Notes: a model not told the origin generated them from the sequence alone. A stretch of DNA of 64,000 nucleotides from Octopus sinensis (GCF_006345805.1 NC_043020.1:13764001-13828000), one strand, 5' to 3'. Numbered from the stretch's first letter, positions 28,565 to 42,148 are shown. A program made the numbers and translations.

Positions 28565-29592
28565 GTAGTAATAGTAACAGAAAAGAGGAATTTCGATTAT
28601 TAAAAAAGGAAAATACGCACACTTACATAGTTTTAATATAATTTTTAATATATCGACCGGTTTCACTATCACTATTCATGATATTATGTTTTACTGATTT
28701 GAATATATATTTTTTCTTAAGAAGAAATTTTGTCCGTGTGTGTGATGAAATTCACGAGTGAATGACTTCACTAGTAGATAAATAAAGGGAGGTAATTGGT
28801 TGTCATTATTATTGTTATTGTTGTGGGTAATGGAAATAACTGTTCAGCTTTCGGTAATGGATGGGGATTATATATGTGTACAGACAGAGACAAGTTTCAA
28901 AAACCTTCTTTAGTAGGGGATTTATGTACAGTGATTTAATTGTGAATTGAAATATGTAAAAAGATAAAAGTTGGTTATGCGTGCATATTAAGACGTGTTT
29001 TGTATTTTTCAATGAAAAAAGTTTCTTTATTTAAACGTTCCAGTTGAGAGATTGCGTCTTTGCACTGGTAGAAAGGGAAGACTGTGAAATTTGGTTTGAT
29101 GTTACCTGCACATTTTTCTATATGTTCACTGAGAGGAATTTGTCTGTATTGTGGGGAAACAGATTTGCTCTTTATGTAGAGTGGTTCTCTTTCTCAAGGT
29201 CATACTCGTTTGTCCAATATAGCGGTGTCCGCAACCCGAGCAGGTTATTACATAAATTAGGTCCTCAGAGGCACAAGTGAAACTAGTTTTAATTGTGAAC
29301 CTCTGTCCTTCTTTGTAAAGGAAATCCAAGCCTTCAAGCAGGTGGGGGCAGGTTCCACAGTTTGGGCATTCACATTTTTCAACCATTGGTTTCGTGGTTG
29401 TTTTGTAAAGCTTTGCAATTGTTAGTAGTCTCTTTAGCGATTTGTCTTGTTTTTTGCATTTGATGAGTTTGTGTATTTTCAGGATGTCGTTCATTTTTGG
29501 ATCTCTAGTTAGTAAAGGAAGAGTTTGCACAATAGTGTTGAATGCCTTGTATTGTGTAAACTTTTCCTTTACTAACTAGAGATCCAAAAATG
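28565..29592 (-). mobile_element. 5'-truncated Penelope-like element (GIY-YIG endonuclease end plus 3' tail)
   Basis: ORF 29126-29530 has C..CGTCPHL...FTIKTSFTCASEDLIYVITCSGCGHRYIGQTSMTLRKR..LHKEQI, a PLE GIY-YIG signature. The tail ends in (TA)n and the 5' end is an inverted hairpin. Confidence 0.85.
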
Positions 29593-30749
29593 TATATAAT
29601 TATATATATATATATGTATGTATGTATGTATGTGTGTGTGTGTGTTTATATAATTGTATATGCTTGTATGTGTATGTGTGTCTTTAGATGTGAATGTTTT
29701 CATGTGTGAGGGAAATCCATGAGTGTTTGCTTGTGATGAGGATAACCTAAAAACCCTCTCCCAAAAAAGTGCCGATCTATAAAACTGACCCGATATCCAA
29801 ATGGTTCCTTTTCTTTTCACTTGAACAGAAAACTCAAAAAGTAACAAAATGGTGTCTTTTGTTTAAAATGTTGTCTCCTGATATTTTATGCAAAAATAAA
29901 AAGGACAATACATGGAAATGTTAAGAATTTACATATATCATCATCATCGTCATTTAGCGTCCGTTTTCCATGCTAGCATGAGTTGGACGGTTCAACTGGG
30001 GTCTGTGAAGCTGGAAGGCTTCATCAGGCCCAGTCAGATCTGGCAGTGTTTCTACGGCTGGATGCCCTTCCTAACGCCAACCACTCCGTGAGTGTAGTGG
30101 GTGCTTTTTACGTGCCACCCGCACAGGTGCCAGACAGAGCTGGCAAACGGCCACGAACGGATGGTGCTTTTACGTGTCACCGGCACGGGGGCCAGGCGAG
30201 GCTGGCAACGGACACGAACGGATGGTGCTTTTACGTGCCACCAACACGAGGGCCAGACAGAGCTGGCAAACGGCCACGAAACGGATGGTGCTTTTACGTG
30301 TCACCAGCACGGGGGCCAGGCGAGATACATATATATATTAGAAACGTTTGGAGGTGTACTAGAGTAGATGCAAGCACTAATATATGATTTATAAAAATAT
30401 GTGACATATTGATAAAAATCAGATGGTTCTCTTATAATATAATATATGTGAAGGTGCATGTCTTGGTGGTTAGGGTGTTGCACTCACGATTGCGAGATCG
30501 TGGGTTCGATTCCCAGACCGGGAATTGCATTGTGTTCTTGAGCAATGCACTTCATTTCACGTTGCTCCGCAACCATTTCGACATCTGACAAGTGGCACCC
30601 GGTTGCTCCTGTACGGGTAATGTCAATCTGATGGAGGGAGTGAGCTTGTGTCTACACAAACAATTCGTCTGTGTGGTTGTTCAGTAAGAAATTCTTGAAC
30701 CTTCATACATTGTCTAACAACAGGAGAGTCCATCATTATTATTATTATT

Positions 30750-30785
<36 letters not shown>

Positions 30786-30804
30786 TGTATATATATATAT
30801 ACTC

Positions 30805-31021
30805 TCTTTTACTCTTTTACTTGTTTCAGTCATTTGACTGCGGCCATGCTGGAGCACCACCTTTAATCGAGCAACTCGACCCCGGGACTTATTCTTTTGT
30901 TAGCCCAGTACTTATTCTATCGGTCTCTTTTGCCGAACCGCTAATAAACAGGGACATAAACACACCAGCATCGGTTGTCAAGCAATGCTAGGGGGACAAA
31001 CACAGACACACAACACACACA

Positions 31022-31083
<62 letters not shown>

Positions 31084-31250
31084 TACGACGGGCTTCTTTT
31101 CAGTTTCCGTCTACCAAATCTACTCACAAGGCTTTGGTCGGCCCGAGGCTATAGTAGAAGACACTTGCCCAAGGTGCTACGCAGTGGGACTGAACCCGGA
31201 ACCATGTGGTTGGTAAACAAGCTACTTACCACACAGCCACTCCTGCGCCT
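30805..31250 (-). mobile_element. SINE family A, full length
   Basis: Same consensus. Confidence 0.85.
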
Positions 31251-31366
31251 ATATATATATACATATATATATATATACATATATATACATATATATATAT
31301 GCATATATATATATATATACATATATATACATATATATATACATATATATATATATACATATATAT

Positions 31367-31403
<37 letters not shown>

Positions 31404-31427
31404 ATATATATACATATATCTACATAC

Positions 31428-31458
<31 letters not shown>

Positions 31459-31670
31459 TATATATACATATATATATATACATACATATATATATACATA
31501 TATATATACATATATATATTACATATATATACATATATATATATACATATATATATACATATATATATATATACATATATATGTATACATATATATACAT
31601 ATATATATATACATATATATATATATACATATATATATATACATATATATATATACATATATATATATAC

Positions 31671-31705
<35 letters not shown>

Positions 31706-31736
31706 CATATATATAATATATATATATATAATACAC

Positions 31737-31777
<41 letters not shown>

Positions 31778-31836
31778 ATATATATATAACATATATATAT
31801 ATATATTATATACATATATATTATACATATATATAT

Positions 31837-31888
<52 letters not shown>

Positions 31889-31891
31889 TAC

Positions 31892-31922
<31 letters not shown>

Positions 31923-31945
31923 TTCATATATATATATATATATAT
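31250..31945. repeat. Long degenerate (TA)n microsatellite
   Basis: Seen directly. Confidence 0.95.
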
Positions 31946-32438
31946 AAAATCATACAGTCACATCGTTATCTAGTGTTTGCCAATCAACTCTTACAGTCAT
32001 TACTTTGTCACCTTCACAGTTAATTATTTCTATTTTGTTGGTAATTAGCAATATGTAATAGATATTGCTTTGATATGAAATATTAAGTGAAATTCAAAGA
32101 AAATTACAATATAATAATTAATGTAGACACTAATATGTATGTATGCATATGTGTGTCTGTATGTATATGTATGTATATATGTGTATATGTGTATGTATAT
32201 ATGTGTGTATGCCTATGTGTATGTATATATATATATGGGCATGGCTGTGTGGTTAGGGAGCTTGCTTCCTGGCTACATGGTTTCGGGTTCAGTCCCACTG
32301 CGTGGCACTTTGGGTAGGTGTCTCCCACTATAGCCCCAAGCCGACCGGAGCTTTGTGATTGAATTCGGTAGGTGAGTGAACTACTGCCGTGTGTGTATGT
32401 GTGCGTATAGCTGCTCAGTGCCTTCCCGAAAGAGAGAG

Positions 32439-32493
<55 letters not shown>

Positions 32494-33956
32494 TATAGGT
32501 GTATATATATGAATATATATGTGTGTGTGTGTATGCGAATTATAACTCTAGTTCATATATGATTTGGTGCTACTGTTTCTTACAAGCGTGTTTCTGTGAT
32601 GAAATACAGACAACATCTCATCATGTGAGGGCGAAGTAATATGATATAAAACTGAAAGAGACAGTTATTAGAACAATTATAATTAATTCCAGCAGTGAAA
32701 TAACTAACAATAATATCATAATTTGTGAGGTGTATTTGCCATCTCAATATGGCTAACCACTAAGGGTGGGTGTTACTGTATACACCTCACATTGTCGTGC
32801 AGTTACTGTTTATACCTCGTTCAGAGATTTATTATTGCTAATATCATAATTATAATTCAACTAATGAAAGATTTTCACTTTGGTGAAGAGAGACTGGGCA
32901 GTGTGAAGATCCTTTGCAAAGTGTCTCCAGTTGGGAGGAATAGGGTCCTTCTCTTTCCAGACTAGGGAGATCATCAACTGGAGTCCTTATGGTCCTTGGG
33001 GAGAGGGACCGTATAAGATTTTGTTGTTGAAATTTATATGCACTAAGTTGGTCATATTTCTGAGTTCAAATTCCACTGAGGTCAACTTTGCCTTTCATCC
33101 TTTCATGGTCGATTAAATAAGTACCAGTTACACACTGGGGTCGATGTAATTGACTTCATCTGTTTGTCTGCCCTTGTTTGTCCCCTCTGTGTTTAGCCCT
33201 TTGTGGGTAGTAAAGAAATAGGTATTTCGTCTGCTGTTACATTCTGAGTTCAAATTCCACTGAGGTCGACTTTGCCTTTCATCCTTTCAGGGTTGATTAA
33301 ATAAGTACCAGTTATGCACTGGGGTCGATATAATCGACTTAATTGCTTTGTGTGTCCTTGTTTGTTCCCTCTATGTTTACCCCCTTGTGGGCAATAAAGA
33401 AATAAGATATATACACACACACACAGATACATATATATATACAATGGGTTTCTTTCAGTTTCCATCTACCAAATCCATTCACAAGGCTTTGGTCAGCCCA
33501 AGGCTGTTGTTAAAGACACTTTTACCCAAAGTGCCACACAGTGGGACTGAACCTTGAACCAGGTGGCTGGGAAGCAGACTTCTTACCACGCAGCCATGCC
33601 TGTGTCTCTTAAAACATGATTTAACATTTCATTTATGTCAGAATGCAAACATTTCTGTGATGTGATTTCCATACTGTAAACTTTACCGTTATATAAAAGA
33701 TTTAAAAATCAGCAGAATATGTACTCTTTATAACTGTGTGGGTGGATGGGCGAGGATGGGCGGGGATGGGTGTTTCATCTTTGGAATTTCTAATATTGAT
33801 TTGCAATTAATGCACGCACCTACCCACGTACCCACACTCCCCCCTCTCCCCGTTTTTGATTTACTGCTGACCATATTTATGGTTTTAAGAGATGGTACAT
33901 AGATAATGGCGAGATGTTGTACGGTCGTAAACAGCTCTTTGCTAACAATCGAGTAG

Positions 33957-34940
33957 CATCATCATCATCATCATTGTCACCACTACCACTACCATCATCA
34001 CCGTCCCGTCCACCACCATCATCATCATCATCATCACCACTATCACCACCACCACCATCATCACCACTACTATCACTACCACCACCACCACCATCATCAC
34101 TATCACGTCCACCACCATTATCACCATCATCTTCACCATTATCATCATTACCATCATTTCCATCATCACCATCACCACATCCACCATCACCATCATTATC
34201 GTTATCATCATCATCATCATTACCACCACCATCATCGTCACCACTACCACCACCATCACGCCCGCCATCATCATCACCACTATCACTACCACCACCACCA
34301 TCATCTTCACTATTATCATCATACCATCATTTCCATCATCACCATCATTATCGTTATCATCATCATCATCATTACCACCACCATCATCATCGTCACCACT
34401 ACCACCACCATCATCACCATCATGCCCACCACCATCATCATCACCACTATCACTACCACAACCACCATCATCATCATCATCACCACTATCACTACCACCA
34501 CCACCACACCATCATCTTCACTATTATCATCATTATCATTATTTCCATCATCACCATCACCACATCCACCATCACCATCATTATCGTTATCATCATCATC
34601 ATCATCATTACCACCACCATCATCGTCACCACTACGATCACCATCACGCCCACCATCATCACTATCATCGTCACCACCATCATCACCATCACATCCACCA
34701 CCATCATCATCACCACTATCACTACCACCACCACCACCATCATCACTACCACCACCACCACGACCACCACCTCCATCATCACCATCACATCCACCACCAT
34801 CATCATCACCATCATTACCACCACCACCACTCATATCCACCACCACCATTATCACCATCATCTTCACTATTATCATCATTACCATCATTTCCATCATCAC
34901 CATCACCATTATTATCATTATCATCATCATCATCATCAAA
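33957..34940. repeat. Compound (CAT)/(CAC) trinucleotide low-complexity tract
   Basis: Seen directly; contains higher-order internal duplications. Confidence 0.9.
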
Positions 34941-35347
34941 ATCATTTCCATATCCACTTTTGCATGCTAGCATAGATTGAATACAGTGTTTTAAACTAAG
35001 TCTGTTTTCATTGTGTTTTTTGCCCTCCATCATTTCTTTTTTTGGCCTCTGTTTCTACAGCTTATTGCCCTTCCTGTCACCAACTTGGTCATTTACATTA
35101 CAGAACTCCAAGAGATTTGACCCCTCCTCAATCCACAGGCACAGACTCTACATATACCAGAGTAGCCCTTATGTTTTTGCGCAAAATACCCATGAAAAAT
35201 ACCACCAGCCATTGTAATGCAATCACTTTCATTTGTTGTTAAGGTTCTCTACTAAAGGGCTCCGGCCCTTCTGTTCATCTATCAGCTCTGATTGGGGTGC
35301 GTATGCAGAGATTGACATTACAGCCATGATCTCCAAGACTAGTTTAA

Positions 35348-35563
35348 CCCTTTCGTTACTGTATTTACTTTAAGATGCTCTGTGTTTCTTTCAATTACTT
35401 TAAATATAACAAAGAATTTAGTAAAATGACTTAGTTATCATTCAGCTAGTGATAGGAACATTGTGACTAAGGTTTGGTGGAAGATTTTAATTCAAAACTT
35501 AGGAAAATAAGACATTTGTACTCAGAGCCAGAGCCGGTTTCAGCCAGGTTGGTAACGAAAGGG
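35348..35563. mobile_element. piggyBac-type MITE
   Basis: TTAA|CCCTTTCGTTAC ... GTAACGAAAGGG|TTAA. Confidence 0.85.
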
Positions 35564-36134
35564 TTAAACTCCATTACTCTGCCAGTCTAATTACCTCCCT
35601 CAGTTACATTATCCACCCATTTCCCTGACAACTATATTCCTACCTTGCCCTTTCCCCTGTTGTTACTGTTACCCACCAAGAAAAATTTCTACTTGTGTTC
35701 TTTGTTAGTAAGATATCTGACTGAGGCTCCCCTCCATCTTGCCTGCTGCACACAGTGCACGTCTACTGCATGTCTGGAAAATTCACCATCTTCAATTTAC
35801 CATTTTTCTTCAATAAAATAGGTTTTAACTATTGATGGTGAAATACTATGGATATGGACATATTTTCTCGGTAGATTTTCCTTGAAGTGTACTTTTCTTA
35901 CGGTGAATTGTTAGCAGTGAACTTAGCTGTAATCCATTTATTTACCTCACCACCAGCATCTCTACAATTTCTACAGATCTACCCTTTTGTCATGGCAATG
36001 TTGATTGCAGCCATCCAAAATGTTTTGAGCCAAGCAGGAGGTGAATTTTTGTGGTAATGCGGATGCTTCATGTTTATTTTCTGCATCTGAAAAAGAATTT
36101 CTGCATCCATTTCCGGTTTTCATACATAGCTCTT

Positions 36135-36535
36135 TTACTCTTTTACTTTTTACTTGTTTCAGTCATTTGACTGTGGCCATGCTGGAGCACCGCCTTCAGT
36201 CAAGCAAATCGACCCCAGGACTTATTCTTTGTAAGCCTAGTACTTATTCTATCGGTCTCTTTTGCCGAACCGCTAAGTTACGGGGACGTATACACACCAG
36301 CATCGGTTGTCAAGCGATGTTGGTGGGGACAAACACAGATACACAAACATACACATATATATACATCTACATATATACAATGGGCTTCTTTCAGTTTCTG
36401 TCTACCAAATCCACTCACAAGGCTTTGGTCGGCCCGAGGCTATAGTAGAAGACACTTGCCCAAGGTTCCACACAGTGGGACTGAACTCAGAACCATGTGG
36501 TAGGTAAGCAAGCTACTTACCACACAGCCACTCCT
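36135..36535 (-). mobile_element. SINE family A, full length
   Basis: Same consensus. Confidence 0.85.
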
Positions 36536-36582
36536 AGCTATTCATTTTCAACTAATGAATTATTGTTAAATGTGATATATAT

Positions 36583-36631
<49 letters not shown>

Positions 36632-36724
36632 TAATATCAGGGTAAGAAAAAATTTTAGAAATTTTTACTACCAGTGGCCTAGCGTATAGAAAAATTAGTC
36701 AATAGACTATATATTATTCATATA

Positions 36725-36881
36725 AAATACAGTGTACATTTAAACACATAAGAGGTATCAATCATAGGATACCTTGCATGCTAGAAGGAATAGCCAATCG
36801 TTTGGATTTTGGCTATTCCTTCTAGCGTGCCAGGTATCCTATGATTGGTACCTCTTATGTGTTTAAATGTACAGTGTATTT
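36725..36881. repeat. Inverted repeat with about 72-bp arms and a short loop
   Basis: tgtacatttaaacacataagaggtatcaatcataggatacc...ctagaaggaatagccaa paired with ttggctattccttctag...ggtatcctatgattggtacctcttatgtgtttaaatgtaca. Confidence 0.9.
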
Positions 36882-37794
36882 ATTATATTATATCTTAAAA
36901 GCAGTGCTCCAGAATGGCCACAGTCAAATGACTGAAACAAATAAAAGAATAAAAGAAAAAGAAAAAAGAATATATATACATATACACACATACACAAAAT
37001 AAAAGGAAAGCCGTCCTGGCATATGGATCTGTCTTTATGGTGCTATGTACCAGGGAGGTGTGTGTGTGTGTGTGTGTGTGTGTGTTCACACCTGTGAAAA
37101 AACTTTATCTGTATGGAGTTAAGCTTCATTAATTTAATGTTTTTGTTTTTTGTTTTTTTGCTGTTTTGTCAGAAACGAGTAATTGTTTATTTTGACAAAT
37201 GATAGCTTTGAGGTTTTTAATGAGAATGATTTACACTATTGGTCAGACATCGCAGAACCGAACCTCTATATATCGTTGAACATTTTTTTTCGACAGAAGA
37301 TGTAAGGCAACAGCAGAACCTGCTTTCGACCATGCTGTACCGTTGCCATAATGAGTGGGAGGAGTGAATTAGCTGGCAGTAATGGAAGCTATTTCTGAAA
37401 TTGGCTGGAATCAACGTTGAGGTTTATTCATGGCTTCTAAAACTTAAATATTGACTTGGCTCAGCAATATATACACTTATTTCTGTATCAGAATATTGAT
37501 TCATTTCAATGCAACGCCAACGTTTGCTGCAATCTTTTTCTCAACTTCCTTTTTTTATATTTTCGTGATATTTCCATACACAGTCGGGGGGGTTAAGAAG
37601 TTCTTGTTTGCAACCATGTGGGTTTGAGTTCAGTCCCAGTGCACAGCATCATGGGAAAATGTCTACTACTATAGCTCCAGGCTGACAAAGCCATCAAGCA
37701 AATGGTGGACGGAAAATATGTGGAAGCCCATCATAAATATATGTATATATATACATATATGTATATATATATATTATATATATATATATATATT

Positions 37795-38320
37795 GCAAAG
37801 ACCTGTTGAGGCAAGTGAAATCAAAATCAGTTCGATGACTGGCATTCATGCCACCGGGGTGCAAAGAGCACCATACGTGGGTGATCATTGACAGAGCGGC
37901 TATTCGATTATGATCGTTACCAGCGTCGCCTTACTGGTACTTATGCCTGTGCTAGTAGGGTGCCAAGAGCACCATCTGAGCATGATCGTTGCCAGAGCAG
38001 CCAACTGGCTTCTGTACCCGTGGCACGTAAAAGGGCACCATTCGAGCGTGATCGTTACCAACATCGCTTCACTGGCACGTGTAAAAAGATTTGAGTGAGG
38101 TCGTTACCAGTGCTGCCCGACTGGCCCCAGTGCCGGTGGCACGTAAAAAAGCACCCACTACACTCTCGGAGTGGTTGGTGTTAGGAAGGGCATCCAGCCG
38201 TAGAAACTCTGCCAGATCAGATTGGAGTCTGGTGCAGCCATCTGGTTCACCAGACCTCAGTCAAAATCGTCCAACCCATGCTAGCATAGAAAGCGGACGT
38301 TAAACAATGATGATGATGAT
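37795..38320 (+). mobile_element. RTE-derived 3' UTR repeat with (GAT)n tail (more than 10 copies, e.g. 2660, 3590, 17470, 18530, 29938, 47795, 52670, 53365, 55400, 60265, 61455)
   Basis: Shares ...gtccaacccatgctagcat(g/a)gaaagcggacgttaaac(g/a)atgatg with the RTE end at 51775-52650. Confidence 0.8.
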
Positions 38321-38541
38321 ACACACACACACACACACACACACACAATGGGTGCTGAAAAGTTCCTGGTTTTGGGTAAAAGAAAATGCAGGAGGATAAG
38401 TTAATTATGATTTTATTCAACGTGTTTCCCTCTTGGATTTACATACTTATTACAGCAGTCCTTCAGTTTTTTTTAGCCCTTTAAAGGAACTTGGAAGGTT
38501 GGGTCTCCAACCAGTCCTTTCATAATACCTTTAAAGCCATA

Positions 38542-38577
<36 letters not shown>

Positions 38578-38654
38578 ATAAATATTAGGGAATAAATCCA
38601 AATTTACAGGGAAAAATCAGATTTAGGATTGAATCCAATTTTATAGTAAAATAT

Positions 38655-38915
38655 TATATAATATTAATTAGAGACAAAACCACTATTATGCAAATCTAAC
38701 AAAGAAAGACTTAATCCAATACATAAAAAATTTTATATAAATTAAATAAAATTAAGATATCCACTACGATCGTTTCTTGTCACTTCTAAGGACATTCATC
38801 AGGTGGTTTCAAGACCTTCTATTCAATTTTAAATTATTTAATTTATATAAAATTTTTTATGTATTGGATTAAGTCTTTCTTTGTTAGATTTGCATAATAG
38901 TGGTTTTGTCTCTAA

Positions 38916-38927
<12 letters not shown>
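38655..38927. repeat. Inverted repeat with about 90-bp arms enclosing a hammerhead motif
   Basis: aatattaattagagacaaaaccactattatgcaaatctaacaaagaaagacttaatccaatacataaaaaattttatataaatt and its reverse complement. Confidence 0.9.
38761..38806 (-). ncRNA. Minimal type I hammerhead ribozyme motif (same family as 19802)
   Basis: Reverse complement reads CCAC-CTGATGA-ATGTC(CTTAGAAGT)GACAA-GAAA-CGATCG-TA-GTGG. Palindromic stem III ACGATCGT; A-A mismatch at the base of stem II. Confidence 0.75.
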
Positions 38928-38961
<34 letters not shown>

Positions 38962-38987
38962 ATATATAATATGTGGCAAATAGTTGG

Positions 38988-39062
38988 TTGTCATAATAAA
39001 ACTCAGAGTTTCGGATATCCGGGCTGAAGTCTGCTCCGGCATCTCATCAGTTATTAAGACAA
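38988..39062 (-). ncRNA. Type I hammerhead ribozyme motif (second family)
   Basis: Reverse complement reads TTGTC-T-TAATAA-CTGATGA-GATGCCGGAGCAGACTTCAGCCCGGATATCC-GAAA-CTCTGAG-TT-TTATTA-T-GACAA. Extended stem I, bulged stem II, ACTC/GAGT stem III, GUU triplet. Confidence 0.65.
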
Positions 39063-40229
39063 AAAGCTATGTAAAAAACTGTTGAATAAAGGGAAATTAC
39101 TCCAATAGGCATGGTGAAAGTAATACTTCATTCATAGAATCTGCATATGCACACAAACATATATGTACACACACACACATGTATGTAACCTGTGCTAGCG
39201 CGGAAAACGGACGTTAAACGATGATGATGATGATGGTGATACTCACACATGCATGTACATACAAACACACATATATACATACATATATATATATGTGTGT
39301 CTATGCATACACACACATACACTTGCATATATACCCATGCACGCATCACTACACTCATATATACATCTCTACATGCACACAAACATACATACATGGATAT
39401 ACAGAATGTAGTTTATACGCACAAGCATATACATCTGTGGAAAATGTATATACAAATAAAAACACATACGCAAAAACGCCTGCATCATTATGTTCATATA
39501 CACATCTCTATACACACATGGATGGAATCACTCCGTCAGTTACGACAATGAGGGTTCCGGTTGATCCGAATCAATGGAACAGCCTGCTCGTGAAATTAAC
39601 GTATAAGTGGCTGAGCACTCCACAGACACGTGTACCCTTAACGTAGTTCTCGGGGATATTCAGCGTGACACAGAGAGTGACAAGGCCAGCCCTTTGAAAT
39701 ACAGGTACAACAGAAACAGGAAGTAAGAGTGAGAGAAAGTTGTGGTGAAAGAGTACAGCAGGGATCACCACCATCCCCTGCCGGAGCCTCGTGGAGCTTA
39801 GGTGTTTTCGCTCAATAAACACTCACAACGCCCGGTCTGGGTATCGAAACCACGATCCTATGACCGCGAGTCCGCTGCCCTAACCACTGGGCCATTGCGC
39901 CTCCACTTATACACACATACATAGGCAGATAAACAAAACGTAGTCTATTCACACATGCACATACATACATGGATAGATGTATATACAAATAAAAACACAT
40001 ACGCAAAAAACATAAACTGTAAAACATTCACATTTGCTGCAAAACCTGAATATACAAATATATACACAAATACACCCTCCTGTCTGTCAAACACATCTAC
40101 ACCTGCAGATATATAAATGTATATACATACATATATGTATGAAGGAAGGAGACAAGTACAACAGGTAGAGTCTTGCACTTCTATATATACAATCATTCAT
40201 ACACATGTATATATGCATGCACATATACA

Positions 40230-41066
40230 TTAGGTATATACTACACACATATAAGTTAAACAATTATAAAAGGTGAAAAATAATGTACAGAAAATATATA
40301 AAGTAATAAAATATATATAAATATATAAGAGATGTACATGAACATAATATAAAAAGCAGGTTCTATCTGTGATGTTGGGGAGTTCAAAAACATAGCAAAT
40401 ATTTTGCCATATGTGGACATGACCCAAAAAGTTCAGTTCTTGAATTTAGACATGTAGCAGGGTCGAAAGAACTTTTCCAGATAAGCTATGTCTCCATATC
40501 GCAAAGACCACACTTTCCACTGCCGTTTGTGTAAGGCTTGCACTTGGCCAAGATCTTCCAGTGAGTCTTATAGTTGATTCCTTTTTCTGTTAAAGACTCT
40601 ATATAACTATTTCTTTACTACCCACAAGGGGCTAAACACAGAGAGGACAAACAAGGACAGACAAACGGATTAAGTCAATTATATTGACCCCAGTGTGTAA
40701 CTGGTACTTAATTTAACAACCCCGAAAGGATGAAAAGCAAAGTCAACCTCAGCAGAATTTGAACTCAGAACGTAACAGCAGACGAAATATGGCTATGCAT
40801 TTTGCCCGGTGTGCTAACGTTTCTGCCAGCTTGCTACCTTTAAGGACCCTATATAACTGGATAATGTCCCCTCTATGTTTAGCCCCTTGTGGGCAATAAA
40901 GAAATAAGAAATAAGAAACTATGTCCTCTGTGGTTGTAGAGCCTACGGTGGCTTCATAAATGATGGCCTCAGTCATACAAGCTCCATTCAGTGGGCACAA
41001 ATGTTTAACTCTGCAGGAACAACCTGCTTCATTTTGTTGTTTTTGTTTGTTGTGTGCAATTATATT
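40230..41066 (-). mobile_element. Penelope-like element fragment split by SINE insertions
   Basis: CSCRVKHLCPLNGACMTEAIIYEATV (about 40930-41030) and, after the SINE, HWKILAKCKPYTNGSGKCGLC...CLNSRTELFGSCPH (about 40410-40565). Both are typical of PLE endonuclease regions. Confidence 0.75.
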
Positions 41067-41727
41067 ATGTATATATACATATATATGATGGGCTTCTTTT
41101 AGTTTCTGTCTACCAAATCCACTCACAAGGCTTTGGTCAGCCCGAGGCTGTAGTAGAAGACACTTGCCCAAGGTGCCACGCAGTGGGACTGAACCCGGAA
41201 CCATGTGGTTGGTAAGCAAGCTACTTACCACACAGCCACTCCTGTGAACTTAGTAAAGTAAACACCAAAATGATGTTGAGGATGATCACACACACACTCA
41301 CACACACACACAACACACACACACTCACACACACACTCACTCATTTGCAATCGACTCTTCACTTTGTCGTTGCTCAAATTCTTTCTGTGTCCAGTAATTG
41401 AGGCAACCGAAAAATAAACAAACTTCTTTTGAGAGGAAAGATGACACAGAGAACTATGTTGAATTATTCATTAGTCATTGTTCATTATTCAGGTGATATT
41501 TGTTCGATGTTAATGAATGAGAGGTGAATCGGAATCTCTGTTGAAGTGGTCAACTTATTTGTCATTCATGCCAAGTAACAGGAAGAGAATGGGGACAAAA
41601 TTGACCATTTCCACAGAGTTTTCTCCACTGGTCAGTAACCTTGTATTGTCATACCTAACAATAATTATTACCTCAGCAAAACTAACAAATCAAAATGATT
41701 TTATATGATGATGATGATGATGATGAT

Positions 41728-41914
41728 GGTGCAGGAGTGGCTGTGTGGTAAGTAGCTTGTTTACCAACCACATGGTTCCAGGTTCAGTCCCACTGTGTGG
41801 CACCTTGGGCAAGTGTCTTCTACTATAGCCTCGGGCCGACCAAAGCCTTGTGAGTGGATTTGATGGAAAGATGGAAACTGAAAGAGCCCGGCGTATTATA
41901 TGTATATATATATA

Positions 41915-41953
<39 letters not shown>

Positions 41954-42148
41954 TGTGTGTGTTTGTCCCCCTAGCATTGTTGACAACCGATGCTGGTGTG
42001 TTTATGTCCCCGTTACTTAGCAGTTCAGCAAAAGAGACCGATAGAAGAAGGGCTTACAAAAGAATAAGTCCCGGAATCGAGTTGCTTGATTAAAGGCGGT
42101 GCTCCAGCATGGCCGCAGTCAAATGACTGAAACAAGTAAAAAAGAGTA
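41728..42148 (+). mobile_element. SINE family A, full length
   Basis: Same consensus, + orientation. Confidence 0.85.

Noticed and set aside
30985-31973. Overlapping long YIYI ORFs
   Set aside because: (TA)n microsatellite.
33914-34975. 353-aa Ser/Pro/His/Thr-rich ORF
   Set aside because: Trinucleotide low-complexity tract; stop-free by composition.
35977-36040. AG...GT bounded segment reading IYPFVMAMLIAAIQNVLSQAG
   Set aside because: 64 nt, frame-incompatible with the GOPC phase 0-0 gap, and no similarity to the missing PDZ segment.
37366-37385. gaattagctggcag, encoding ELAG like the end of the preceding GOPC exon
   Set aside because: Upstream codons do not match LAAKYLDK, the phase is wrong, and it lies downstream of the exon it should precede.
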